Origin: Phoronis australis | Taxonomy: Eukaryota; Animalia; Phoronida | NCBI GenBank assembly: GCA_002633005.1 | Contig: NMRA01000083.1 | Location: 446,896-510,895, forward strand | Length of the DNA stretch: 64,000 nucleotides | Direction: 5' to 3' | Part shown: in pieces, positions 41,996 through 54,878 of the stretch | How the letters are laid out: every line of letters begins with the position of its first letter | Position numbering within the stretch: the first letter of the stretch is position 1 | Translations under genes and position numbers: made by a program | The notes under the pieces: model-generated | Told to the model about the DNA's origin: nothing | Database searches by the model: none | What the model saw: only the letters and a program-made list of their open reading frames with translations

Positions 41996-43636
41996 TAATA
42001 CCGCGGACTTTACTTGCCTCAGGTGCCTGTATTGATGACTTCAACAGGGAACTGGTTTCACATTTGATTAGATTTGGGCCATATTCTAGTAACAATAACT
42101 ATTTATTCTGCAGACCAAACTGGATTACATGCACTGATGTTGACAACCGGATAAGTCTGATGTGTCAATGAGACATACGGTAACTATAGCCAATCAGGTT
42201 GTGGAAACATCATGTAAACCCAATGATAGTCTGCCATCTTTGTCCTACAAACATTGGTTGTGAACGAAAGTATTCAGGTTCTGTAGAACCCTGGAAAAAC
42301 GTCCAAATTTGCTTAATTTTGAAAAATCATACCTCAAAAAAGGCTGATAGAATTCATGTGAAGCTTAACACGCTCAGTCATACCGTGAATAATACGCTTA
42401 CAAGGAAAACACGCAAGATATGCGGGAATTCTCACCACTGGTCCTTCCAAGGGGCTTTTACTGGCATCAAAGAGAGCGTGGCACCGAAGTCGAAGTCGTA
42501 TACAGTTGTGATAACCACATTGTCTGGTGCGAGCAAGACCCAATTACGTGTTATTACGCGACTATAAACTGTAGTTAATCATCTCTGCCTGTACATACTG
42601 GCGAATTTTCAAAATGCATTAACCAATAATTTTAATTAAAAACAAACACCACGGCGGTATTCAGCTAGAAAAAAACAACCAAGTAAGGTTTTCGATTTTC
42701 AAAAATCGATGAACTAATCAACTAAAAACTACAAACATTGAGTACGATTGAAGATAAACGACCATGCGTAGAATGATATACTAAGTGGATCAGAGTTAAC
42801 AATATCACATGGATTGTTCTTTTAATATTCTTTCAATCTCACTTAACCATATTTTCGACTAGAAAACAGTTGTACTTAACTTGTGCTCACTCTTCACTTT
42901 TTACGACTGACAAAGAGCTAGAATAGTTACGTAGTCAGTGCAATTGAAATTGTCCAGATTCCAAATCTTCAGTTTGCTATCACCATATTTGCGCTTTTGT
43001 ATATATTTTATGATTTGAGTTGTAATAAAGATTTAACTTGAACTACTGACAAGTGTAGTTTTGTTTGCCGTGAAATGTTTAATGTAGCTGTAATCTGAAA
43101 TTAGTTCAGGGACAGGTTCAGAATTAACTAAACTAATTCAGTTTCACTGGCAATCAAAATCTACTACTGTTTTGGTAGTTCAAGTTCAAAATGAAATAAA
43201 AACACCTGTTCCCGGTAAGAAAAAAACTAGTGGACATGACTATGAGAAATTAAATAAGGAAAACCGGTATGAAACATGTTTAAAACTATTGTTCCTTTGG
43301 GAAGTGGCCCTTTGTCAAGATAAAAACAAATTTGACTTTTTAGTCATTTTGCAACATTTAAAATGTACCAAGTTAATATGCTCTCCACAGTTGCAGGCCA
43401 ACTCAGTGCAAATGCCAGAGAAAACCAATATTTGGGTGCAATAACCACCATTGTTGAGACAGTAATGCTAGCTACTACCTTTCCACTTCATTAGGTCACA
43501 TCTGCATCAATACAAAGGGCGTGCTGAATAGGCGTCATAAAAGTTGTCAAGGACTGAGGGAATGTGAGCAGTGACCAGTGTAAGAGAGAAATTCTCCACA
43601 TGTTATCGTAACAGATAGTTAAGAATTGTTTTTAAA

Positions 43637-44141
43637 AGGGCCTTTCATACTAACAGTCCACGCATCGATGGTTTGGGGAGTTGCGGTCAGTATGATTGCT
43701 TAACTCCAGTCCTGGATCGCAGTTAACAGCTCCAGTTAACATCGCAGTTAACAGGTGGATTTAATAACGCAGCGTCGACGCTGCGGCGCAGTATGAACGC
43801 TTAACTTCGGTCCAATCAAAGTTATCACCAGGTGTCACTGTTATCGTCAACAGTTACAGGATAGTGTCGTCACTAATAGCTGCTAGTATTTTGCTCTAAC
43901 AACTAATCGATTAAAAAATAAGTTTTAATGTCACTTTAGCACATGTAAAGGTTCTCAAATTGTCTCATTGAAAAAATCTTAGCGTGCAGCTCTACCTTGC
44001 GATAACTTCGATAACGACAGCGTCACCACCCGTTTACTTCGATTTCATTAACTACCGAAGCCAGTATGAACGGTCGAGTTAACTGCGCTGTTTACGTCGA
44101 CGCTCCGCTCAGACCGGAGTTAAGTCAACATGAAAGGGCCT
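43637..44141. mobile_element. PIF/Harbinger-like MITE, about 505 bp (second copy 46157-46662), nested in a Kolobok-like remnant
   Basis: TIR AGGGCCTTTCAT / ATGAAAGGGCCT; 3-bp AAA on both flanks; internal 18-bp palindrome CGCAGCGTCGACGCTGCG (43768-43785); repeated GTTAAC and AGTATGAACG. Confidence 0.85.
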
Positions 44142-44894
44142 AAAGAGATTCACATTTGCAAGAGGGACTCTCAAAAATATGACTTTTGCAATTTTTATGA
44201 AAACGAATTAATTTAGAAAACTGAAATAGTATTTTTAAGATTTAAATTGACACATATTTCAAACGAAATTTGTTCCTCTTATTGATGCTACACACGTATC
44301 TCTATTTTTGGCTAGATTCTACAAAAGACATGGTCATGTGACCCAATGAATGGCAGACTGGTATAAAGTCAAAAATCCAACGGCTTTCTGCTTTCAGAAA
44401 ATAAAAAATTTTACTGGCTTGCAATTTGTTTTTAGATATTTGACTAAATGCAGGGTTATAGTTGTTACCTGAGCCTCCTTATTGGCTCATCGACATTACT
44501 GGCCTTAATCGAGTCTGGTCAACTCTCGGCTCTCAGGCTAATGACTGTTACGTGCCTTTAGGAATGTCTTTGCTCTTTCTTCAATGTTTTTCACTGCAAT
44601 AACCCCATAACATGGCCGGACATGCATTTTCTCTCACATTTCCCTCCTACTCCACCCATCTCATCTTGTGTAATCAAGGGCTTTTTCTTGTTCATCCATG
44701 TTGGGATGGTTATATTGCTTATCTTTCCATAGATAATATCTTACTACTATTTACTATTTACTATTCTATATACTTTGTTTTGTACCACTTGTCTAGTCAC
44801 AATATATGACCTATTTACGCCAACCTCTGGTCTCCTTTTCATCTCTGGAAACGAGCTTGTGATGTATGATTTTTGTCTGTCCAAGTGTCGAACA

Positions 44895-45333
44895 TACCGT
44901 AAATGTTCGGGTTAACGCCTTGGGCGGTTAAATTGGCAAACCCAAGAAATCGGGGGTGGGCGGTTAACCAGACATGGGCGCTTAAACGTGAAACTTCAAA
45001 AAATCCAGGGTGGGCGGTTAACCGAACATGGGCGCTTATTACGACAGGCAAGCGCCCTGGGCGGTTAATCTTACCTCGTGATCTAAGTACCCACACCACA
45101 CACGTAGGCCTACTCGGAACGCGTAGCACTTTTCAAAGAGCATTATCGTCAAGTCGCCACATTACGGGAAAAATGTCATAACAGCGTATGATCCTAACAA
45201 AGGTCATCATGCCCTCAGATTAGTTATTCACTATTAAATTTACAGAATTGCTGAGTAATAGCCCCGTGCCGTCCTGCGGTCTTGTTATTTAGCCCTGTAG
45301 AGCGCAGACGACCAGTGACCACCCAGCCTCTAC
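44895..45333 (+). mobile_element. Young Tc1/mariner-type element inserted at TA, truncated by the n
   Basis: gaaca-TA-ccgtaaatg vs empty site gaaca-TA-aatgc at 47408-47419; repeated gggcggttaa / catgggcgctta motifs; CpG-rich. Confidence 0.8.
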
Positions 45334-47650
45334 NTGTTCTTTTAATATTCTTTCAATCTCACTTAACCATATTTTCGACTAGAAAACAGTTGTACTTAAC
45401 TTGTGCTCACTCTTCACTTTTTACGACTGACAAAGAGCTAGAATAGTTACGTAGTCAGTGCAATTGAAATTGTCCAGATTCCAAATCTTCAGTTTGCTAT
45501 CACCATATTTGCGCTTTTGTATATATTTTATGATTTGAGTTCTAATAAAGATTTAACTTGAACTACTGACAAGTGTAGTTTTGTTTGCCGTGAAATGTTT
45601 AATGTAGCTGTAATCTGAAATTAGTTCAGGGACAGGTTCAGAATTAACTAAACTAATTCAGTTTCACTGGCAATCAAAATCTACTACTGTTTTGGTAGTT
45701 CAAGTTCAAAATGAAATAAAAACACCTGTTCCCGGTAAGAAAAAAACTAGTGGACATGACTATGAGAAATTAAATAAGGAAAACCGGTATGAAACATGTT
45801 TAAAACTATTGTTCCTTTGGGAAGTGGCCCTTTGTCAAGATAAAAACAAATTTAACTTTTTAGTCATTTTGCAACATTTAAAATGTACCAAGTTAATATG
45901 CTCTCCACAGTTGCAGGCCAACTCAGTGCAAATGCCAGAGAAAACCAATATTTGGATGTAATAACCACCATTGTTGAGACAGTAGTGCTAGCTAATACCT
46001 TTTCACTTCATTAGGTCAGATCTGCATCAATACAAAGGGCGTGCTGAATAGGCGTCATAGAAGTTGTCTAGGACTGAGGGACAGTGAGCAGTGACCAGTG
46101 TAAGAGAGAAATTCTCCACATGTTATCCTAACAGATAATTAGGGATTGTTTTTAAAAGGGCCTTTCATACTAACGGCGACGCATCGATGGTTTGGGGAGT
46201 TGCGGTCAGTATGAACGCTTAACTCCAGTCCTGGATCGCAGTTAACAGCTCCAGTTAACATCGCAGTTAACAGGTGGATTTAATAGCGCAGCGTCGACGC
46301 TGCGGCGCAGTATGAACGATCAACTTTGGTCCAATCGAAGTTATCGCCAGGTGCCACTGTTATCGTCAACAGTTACAGGATAGTGCCGACACTAACAGCT
46401 GCTTATATTTTGCTCTAATAACAACTAATCGATTCAAAAATAAGTTTAATGTCATTTAGCACATGTAAAGGTTCTCAAATTGTCTCATTGAAAAAATCTT
46501 AGCGTGCAGCGCTACCTTGCGATAACTTCGATGACAACAGCGTCACCACCCATTTACTTCAATGTTCATTAACTACCGAAGCCAGTATGAATGGTCGAGT
46601 TAACTGCGCTGTTTACGTCGACGCTCCGCTCAGACCGGAGTTAAGTCAATATGAAAGGGCCTAAAGAGATTCTCATTTGCAAGAGGGACTCTCAAAAATA
46701 TGACTTTTGCAATTTTTATGAAAACCAATTAATTTAGAAAACTGAAATAGTATTTTTAAGATTTCAATTGACATATATTTCAAAAGAAATTTGTTCATCT
46801 TATTGTTGCTACATACCTATCTCTATTTTTGGCTAGATTCTACAAAAGACATGGTCATGTGACCCAATGAATGGCAGACTGGTATAAAGTCAAAAATCCA
46901 AAGGCTTTCTGCTTTCAGAAAATAAATTTTTTTACTGGCTTACAGTTTGTTTTTAGATATTTGACTAAATGCAGGATTATAGTTGTTACCAGGCTCCTTA
47001 TTGGCTCATCGACAACTGGCCTTAATTGAGTCTGGTCAACTCTCGGCTCTCAGGCTAAAGACTGCTATGTGCCTTTAGGAATGTCTTTGCTCTTTCTACA
47101 TTGTTTTTCAGTGCAATAACCTCATAACACTGCCGGACGTGCGTTTTCTCTCACATTTCCCCCCTACTCCACCCATCTCTTCTTGCGTAATCAAGGGCTT
47201 TTTCTCGTTCATCCATGTTGGGATGATTATATTGCTTATGTTTCCATAGATAATATCTTACTACTATTTAATATTTACTCTTCTATATACTTTGTTTTGT
47301 AACACTCGTCTAGTCAGAATGTATGACCTATTTTGCGCCAACCTTTGGTCTCCTCTTCATCTCTGGCAACGAGCTTGTGATGTATGATTTTTGTCTGTCC
47401 AAGTGCCGAACATAAATGCAGATTTGTTGTTAAGGTCCTACATAACCAGATGGTTTTAAGCTGCACTTGGGGGCGACTGCAACACAGATAAACGATATAC
47501 AGAAAAGAAGAAAGGAATAGTGCCTGTCGCTGCTCAAAGCCTGTTAGTAGACTTAATGATTAAATGACTATTCACCAGGAAGACCCATTTGGACAATGTG
47601 GCTTTATTTGGAGACATTTTCACAGAAATATGATCAAGAATGCATCAAAC

Positions 47651-48313
47651 GTGTGGTCCATGCACAGCCTATCCTAGAGCAACTTGCACTAGTGCAACTT
47701 GTCCCACTTCAAGTGGTGCGTCTGCTCACACATATCTGATAACTAGAGTAAGACGGAAGTTGTCTCTCTGTGCATGGCAATGAACACCTAATGCGAATAT
47801 GGTGCTGGTAAAAGAAAACCGGTCTGCATTTGTATTGTATTTATTTATTATAGTGATAAGTATAATTAATTCAAACAGCTATAGGTATAACATTCGTAAG
47901 AAGAACAAGTACCCAGCCCAGTTGGGCTTACTAGTCACTTTAACCATACAACTCAGACGTAGGCCTACCGTAAATGTGACGGTTTGTAAGTTCAAAAGCA
48001 GACTTGATGTATTTGGCAAATTGCCAGGGAAATACTGAAACAGCAGTTTTAACGTATCTAATCTTCTGAAATCTGCAAAGTTTGGGACTTGAAGTGAAAC
48101 ATTATTAACCTATGGCCCTGGGTTTGTGGCCACACAGCGATTAGAAGTGGGCAAGTTACCCTAGAACATTAGTTAAAACACACTGATAAGGCAAAATAAG
48201 TTGTCACAAGTGGGACAACTTGTACTGGTTTAAATAGCGTCCACACAGCCCTCAAGCGACAACTTGTTCCAGGAGTAACTTGTTCCAGAGTAAGTCTATG
48301 TGAGAACGGCACT
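47651..48313 (-). mobile_element. Harbinger-like MITE, inverted and longer relative of 51100-51509
   Basis: Both ends match 51100-51230 and 51430-51509 in reverse complement (cttgcactagtg; tttaaatagcgtccacacagccc). Confidence 0.75.
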
Positions 48314-48677
48314 AAAAATAGTCTGCTGCATTAAGGACCTCTATCATATTGGCTTCGCACATGAGGGACTTCACAACGATAACAGCATCATAAAAGAACA
48401 AAATAAAACCAATTTTGTAACGATGAGTTGTTTAAATCTAAATTGAGAAGGTATAGACTTATAGTGAAATGAATCCGTATTTTTTGCAAAGTATGGATTT
48501 ACACGAAAACATTTTGTGTTTGTTGGCTTCCCGAGAGCATGCACATAGATAATACCGCTAAAATTTTCACAACAAGATTTTGTGTGAAAGGGTGCCTTTA
48601 ACTTCATTGGAATGGGTTCATTTTATGGATTAGGAACTGTACAAACGGGTCCATTTCGGCAAATAATACAGACGGGT

Positions 48678-48817
48678 TTCGTTACCTAAATTGAAATTAA
48701 AAACAATTTCTTTGGATTGTAGTCTTGAATCAATTAAATACAAAACGGTATTGTATTTAATTGATTCAAGACTACAATCCAACGAAATTGTTTATTAATT
48801 TCAATTTAGGTAACGAA
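48678..48817. repeat. Near-perfect long inverted repeat, 66/67-bp arms with a 7-nt loop
   Basis: Arms 48678-48743 and 48751-48817 differ by one substitution and one 1-nt indel; loop AACGGTA. Confidence 0.95.
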
Positions 48818-49581
48818 TATTTTGTAGGTATTAAAGTCTTTGCAAAATGTTTTGGGAACAAATCTTTGAATTTTCGCCTACACTTGGGTCCTTTTTAATA
48901 ATTTTAACATTCCAAAAGGGTGGATTTTTTGTTTCAATTCTCTTGAAAGGATGGCTATCCTAATTTCTCAGCAGTACCTCGGCAAAAATATAACAGATTG
49001 CTCCCTCACGGCTGTAATACGCAAATGACACAAGCAGTCTTCAGTGCAGAATTTTGTAAAATAAGCTTCACAAATATAAATATATAATTCAATTGCACCA
49101 TAGCTTCGTGAACAATACAATTCATAAGAAACAGGAGAAGAAAATATTGCAACTAGGCCTCCAGCAAACAGACCTAAATCAGTGCATTGCAAATCAATAT
49201 AATGCAAAATGTGTGTGTTAGGAGTGTTTAATGTTGGCCTGCAGAGATCACCATTGAAGTTGATAGAACTAATGCGATCAGTGGAACTGGGATCTATCAG
49301 CACAGTGCCCAACTGTCACAGTTGACACTGGGTGATGAGTTGCACTAGTATGATGATGGGCATGGTTAGTGCTTCAGTCTTGTCTTGAAGTTTGGGGAAT
49401 CGATGTGACATATTGCTGGTGCATGAATTATCAGCAAGTCAAGAAGTAAGGTCAGTGCTGCTTGGAAAATTGTGGCAGTAATTAAATTAAGCGTAGATGA
49501 AATCAGTATTGGACCTCTTCATGTGTTATTATAGAGTTTAATCCTTGACAGGCAAAGGTCATTTGTATGATTGATGGAAAT

Positions 49582-49825
49582 TACAGTAAAAATTCTTCAG
49601 TTTAGGACGCAATATGCCCGACAGGTGAAATTTTATTTTGTCAAATTTCTCAATTTTCAGCAAAATTTATTTTACTTTTAGCATGGTTTGTATGATGTAG
49701 CTACTACCAAACAAAATTTGGTAAAAATTTCAGTATTTGCAACAATGTGGTAAGCATGTGAAAAATAGAAATATACTGCGATTTTAGCAATTATTCTTGT
49801 CCCAAATTGAAGAATGTTTACAGTA
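49582..49825. mobile_element. Tc1/mariner-type MITE, about 244 bp, TA-bounded
   Basis: tacagtaaaaattcttcagtttaggac vs gtcccaaattgaagaatgtttacagta (23/27 inverted match). Confidence 0.8.
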
Positions 49826-50002
49826 TTGTTTAACACGAGTCAAAGCTGGGAGAAATAAACATTGATATTGGTCCTAGGTCAAAGTAGAGGTTAATCAATG
49901 TTCAAAAACTAATCAATAAAATATTGTTAATATTTAATTTTAATATATCTAAGCCTAGATACACCCATCAAGGAACGAATGGAAGAACAGAGCACAACTC
50001 AC

Positions 50003-50109
50003 CAATCTTTCACCAACCACAGCTTTCTAGGGCAGTGACAATCTGAGACAAGTGCAGGTGACCAACATTCTCTGTAGTCTTTGAGTAGAGTGTACAGCAG
50101 CAGTATTGC
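50003..50109 (-). other. Candidate 107-nt exon (unconfirmed)
   Basis: Strong acceptor ttgtttattttctttaccactttcAG| and donor TTG|GTGAGT; one open frame AILLLYTLLKDYRECWSPALVSDCHCPRKLWLVKD. Confidence 0.35.
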
Positions 50110-51099
50110 CTGAAAGTGGTAAAGAAAATAAACAATGCTTGAATACATGTGTTTTCATCTGATCTGACTGGTCTCAGGCAGTCTCCTGGCTTATTAGTCT
50201 TCAATCATCAACAGGTAGGCCTAAATAAACAACCACTGAGGCTGAGCTGGAGAAGAAAGGCCTTGTATTATTCAGAACACATTCCACAGATATTTCATTA
50301 GAACACCAGCTTTTTATCACAAATATGGACTGGAATATTTTGCAATCACATGCTTGTAATTTTGTGCTTGAGAAAAAATAATGATAATTTTATATTCACA
50401 GTTCTTGAATTAATTGCAATGTAGGTAGCTAAATTATAATGGTCAATGATATTGCCCAGTCAATGATCCACTAAGCCACAGAGAACTAGGTCCAACCAAT
50501 CCAGCTCTAATCTATTTTCACTGCTTCAAATCTTTGTTATTGTTTGGATAAGCTTGTAATGACCCTAGACTTAATCACAATATACAAACAATTACACAAA
50601 ACCCTTTGTGAAGTTGGAATGTCACCCAGTTAATGTTTCCAAACACAGACCTTCTCCTGCTGTAGGCTTATTTAGAAAGAAAACACTAGCACCAAGAATC
50701 TGATCAAAGTTCACCAGCAATAATGAAAATTAATTTAAAAGAGCATGCTCTGGGCCTTGGATCACAGGTATAGTCTTAGTACCAATGCAGCTTCACACAA
50801 AAGTACATACAACACACCAAGGCACCAATATTAAAATCTAATAGACCCGCATCTGAGTAGCAACATTTAATCAAGGGAAGCGGTACAAGCAGAGGAGATG
50901 AGGAAACAGAACTTTTTAATGTGATGAATGGACAAAAACAATTTCAGTTTGACATTGTTTCAAATTCTGGTGATGTAGACACCCAGAGTTAACAAAGATG
51001 AAAGCATTAGGCAAACCTTACGCTAACAGGATTTGCACGCAAGTAGACGAGGAAGTGTTACCTCAGAGTCATATCCAACAAATTCCTCGGCACATCATA

Positions 51100-51509
51100 A
51101 GTGCCGACCATACACAGACTTACCCTAGAACAAATTACACCTGGGATGAGTTGTCTCTAGGTTTAAGGGCTGTTTGGACGCTATTTAAACTAGTGCAACT
51201 TACCCCACTTACTCCACCTTATCGAGGTAGGGCAACTTGTTTTAGGGTAACACAGTGCCACTTTTAATTGTAGTGTAGCATCAAACCTGAGGCATGATGG
51301 AAGTAATTATCAGCTGAGGTTACATAACAGACAGGTCTTCTTTTGTGTGCCCTATTGGCATCAGATGTTCATTGTCATGTACAGAGCGGGCAACAACTTC
51401 CACCTTACCCCAATTATCGGATGTGTGTGTGTGTGGACGGTCCACTGACAAGTGGGGTAACTTGCACTAGTGTAAACTGTTCTAGGGTAGGCTGTGTGTG
51501 GACAGGACT
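51100..51509 (+). mobile_element. Harbinger-like MITE, about 410 bp
   Basis: Ends agtgccgaccatacacag / ctgtgtgtggacaggact; internal recurring gcaactt/ccccactt motifs. Confidence 0.7.
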
Positions 51510-51512
51510 AAA

Positions 51513-54500
51513 GGCCAATGATGGCACTGTAATGAAATGAAGTAAGCTAGTTGCTATTCATGGGTATGGCTGAACGTGTTGGATGAGATAAGTACGGTTG
51601 TAAACCAACACACCTGTTAAGTATACGAGTTTCAAAGTCAAAAACATACAATAAGTAAGGCAAACGACCAACATGATTGTTTTTAAAATTGAAAAATATA
51701 CAGTAACTGTCTTTGAATTTTTTGAATCGATGAATTATAAAAGAAATTGGCGAATAGGTTTTCTTCAGCACCACAGCTAACTGAAGCCGTGAGCATTAAT
51801 TTGTGAATTGATTAGGACGGGTTAGTCACAGTCTGGCTCAATTAGGCTCGCTTAAGCCTTGGGGTAACAAAACCCCAAATGTTAGTGTAGGAGTTGTCTC
51901 ATGAAACAATTTCTTTCATTCACAGACATTTCGTGACTGTTTACATGAATCATTTGAACATCTTCAGGGCTCGACGGAATGAAAATCACCAGGTCGCATG
52001 TTGCGACCTAGCCAGAATCCCAGGTCGCATTTTCAAATTCCAGTTTGCATTCATAAATGCCAGGTCCCAAAATTTTCCAGCCACTTTTAGATACCAAAAT
52101 TGATTTTTTAGATCGTGGAGAAAATGTTTACATTATGCTCTTACCTCAGCAACGTTAAATACTCAGACTTCAGGTCGTAAAATTGAGTTCTTACATGCAG
52201 ATACGGCGTTAGTTTTATTCACGACTGCCATTGAAAGGCTGTAGAGCACAAGGCTAATTGCCGACGTCAAAGTTGAACTGCAGTGCTCTCTAACTGACAC
52301 GTGTATTCGAGAAGTCAGTTTGCTACGAGAGATAGGGTTACTCGCTGAAAAAGTATATTCCAAGATTTTGCTAGGCCTGACCTGCTACATGACTGTCATC
52401 AAAGTCAGCAATGATCCAAACTAACTCTGAGTGCAAACTCCCTCCTTTTTTTTCGCAGCCCAAACTTTGGAACTTAACTCGACACTTGAAAAATATCCTT
52501 ATAAAAAAAAAACCGAAACTTTGCCCTAGTCAAATGACATATTCAGATGCGCGGGAACAATTCAGTGCAAATTTCGCAACAAAAAATGGGAGACTTTTGC
52601 TGTTTATGTAAAAACATCTTTCGTGAAAATAAAAATTTTTTTCACCACAAAGTTTGGTAAGTTGATTGTTTAAGAATTAGAAAAAAAGGTGTTGTGTGGC
52701 ATTTTATCGTATGTTATGCCGTAGTCCGAAACTTTGCTTCACCGCATTAAGAAATTTGCAAAAAGTAGCCGAAACTGTTAGCCAAAAAANTCACGAAGGC
52801 CAGGAAACCTATTTTGCCACGATGGAATCCACCCCCGAACTCTTTTTGTTTCATATAGTTGCTTTGATGAGTCATCCTGGGATCGCTTTTTAGAAACTAA
52901 ACCAAGGAAGCCGTCCAGGCTGCCTTGTTTGGACATTTTGCCAGAGTGCAGACGATCGTAGTATCACGTGACAACTTATTCAGAAACTGCATAGCTAGTT
53001 CAGAGAATCGAAAGGATTTGACCGCGGGCGTCATCTGTGCACGCAGAATCACACTAGTTCTATTTTCCTTACGGTGCTCATTCGAAGACAGGAGATTCTT
53101 TGACGGCCACCGGGGTTTTTCGACGGTATTTAGGTTTGTGTCGGGGTTCTTTATTTTGGAGCGACTGTCGAACAGACAATCTTAGGATCTACTTGCCTTG
53201 CGGCCAGCTTTTTTAACTTGCCCTTCGGGCAGGTAATTCTCAAATTCCACTTGCCCGACGCAAAATCTACATGTACACGGGCAATCGGGCAACCGTTAGT
53301 GTTGAGCCCTGGCTAATGATGGCACTGTAATGAATTGAAGTAAGCTAGTTGCTAGGTATGGCTGAACGTGTTGGACGAGATAAGTATGGTTGTAAACCAA
53401 CACGCCTGTTTAGTATACGAGTTTCAAAGTCAAAAACATACAATAAGTAAGGCAAACGACCAACATGATTGTTTTTAAAATTGAAAAGTAAACAGTAACC
53501 GTCCTAGAATTTTTAGAATCGATGAATTATAAAAGAAAATGGTGAATAGGTTTTCTTCAGCATCACAGCTAACTGAAGCCGTGAGCATTAATTTGTGAAT
53601 TGATTAGGACGGGTTAGTCACAGTCTGGCTCAATTAGGCTCCCTAGGCCTTGGGGAAACAAAACCCCAAATGTTAGTGTAGGAGTTGTCTCATGAAACAA
53701 TTTCTTTCATTCACAGACATTTCGTGACTGTTTACATGAATCATTTGAACATCTTCAGGGCTCGACGGAATGAAAATCACCAGGTCGCATGTTGCGACCT
53801 AGCCTGAGAATCCCAGGTCGCATTTTCAAATTCCAGTTTGCATTCATAAATGCCAGGTCCCTAAATTTTCCAGCCAGTTTTAGATACCAAAATTGATTTT
53901 TTAGATCGTGGAGAAAATGTTTACATTATGCTCTTACCTCAGCAGCGTTAAATACTCACAGACTTCAGGTCGTAAAATTGAAATCTTACATGCAGATACG
54001 GCGTTACTTTTATTCACGAATGCCATTGAAAGGCTCTAGAGCACAAGGCTAATTGCCGACGTCAAAGTTGAATCAGTGCTCTCTAACTGATACGTGTATT
54101 CGAGAAGTCAGTTTGCTACGAGAGATAGGGTTACTCGCTGAAAACGTATATTCCAAGATTTCTAGGCCTGACCTGGTACATGACTGTCATCAAAGTCAGC
54201 AATGATCCAAACTAACTCTGAGTGCAAACTCCCTCCTTTTTTGTTCGCAGCCCAAACTTTGGAACTTAACTAGACACTTGAAAAATATCCTTGTAAAAAA
54301 AACCCGAAACTTTGCCCTAGTCAAATGACGTATTCAGATGCGCGGGAACAATTCAGTGCAAATTTCGCAACAAAAAATGGGAGACTTTTGCTGTTTATGT
54401 AAAAACATCTTTCGTGAAAATAAAAATGTTTTTTCACCACAAAGTTTGGTAAGTTGATTGTTTAAGAATTAGAAAAAACACCAGTGTTTTGTGGCATTTT

Positions 54501-54581
54501 ATCGCATGTTATGCCGTAGTCCGAAACTTTGCTTCACCGCATTAGGAAATTTGCAAAAAGTAGCCGAAACTGTTAGCCAAA
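51513..54581 (+). repeat. Tandem duplication 3 (51513-52789 / 53312-54581) with n52790; probable uncollapsed haplotypes
   Basis: Colinear high-identity copies; first copy ends exactly at the n. Confidence 0.95.
52791..53311. mobile_element. One end of a young hAT-like element, present only before the second copy
   Basis: Ends ...gttagtgttGAGCCCTG with repeated ACTTGCC(C)/CGGGCA subterminal motifs; absent at the equivalent site 51511-51514. Confidence 0.75.
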
Positions 54582-54878
54582 GAAATGCGTCAAAGATCAA
54601 TTCTGCATAATCCCATGTTCACGCTACGTGCTAGTAATCTGGAGGACTGTTCTTGGTTAGTGTTCTTTTGAACTTGATTGTCAGCAACCAATGGTTGGAT
54701 TTACACGAGTTGCTTTATATTTGCCAGGTATCTGTCAAGCAGTGTAAAAACTCAGCTCGCATAGGTTGGAAATTCCAGTTCGCATTTTGCGACTTGATAC
54801 AAGTTGGAAAAAATCTCAGCTCGCATTTCCAAATTTCAGGTCGCAAATGCGACCTGCAGCTCGTTATGTTGATCAGCA
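53756..54878 (+). mobile_element. hAT-like non-autonomous element, about 1.1 kb (truncated copy at 51965-52789)
   Basis: Starts CAGGGCTCGAC; (G)GTCGCA/TGCGAC(C) subterminal repeats at both ends; right end matches 62234-62340 in reverse complement. Confidence 0.8.

Larger units (their letters stand above)
42815..47414 (+). repeat. Tandem duplication 2 (42815-44896 / 45335-47414) joined by n45334; probable uncollapsed haplotypes
   Basis: Colinear high-identity copies; second copy starts immediately after the n. Confidence 0.95.

Noticed and set aside
48678-48817. Known pre-miRNA
   Set aside because: Stem is too long and perfect for a canonical pre-miRNA and I recognise no conserved mature miRNA in it
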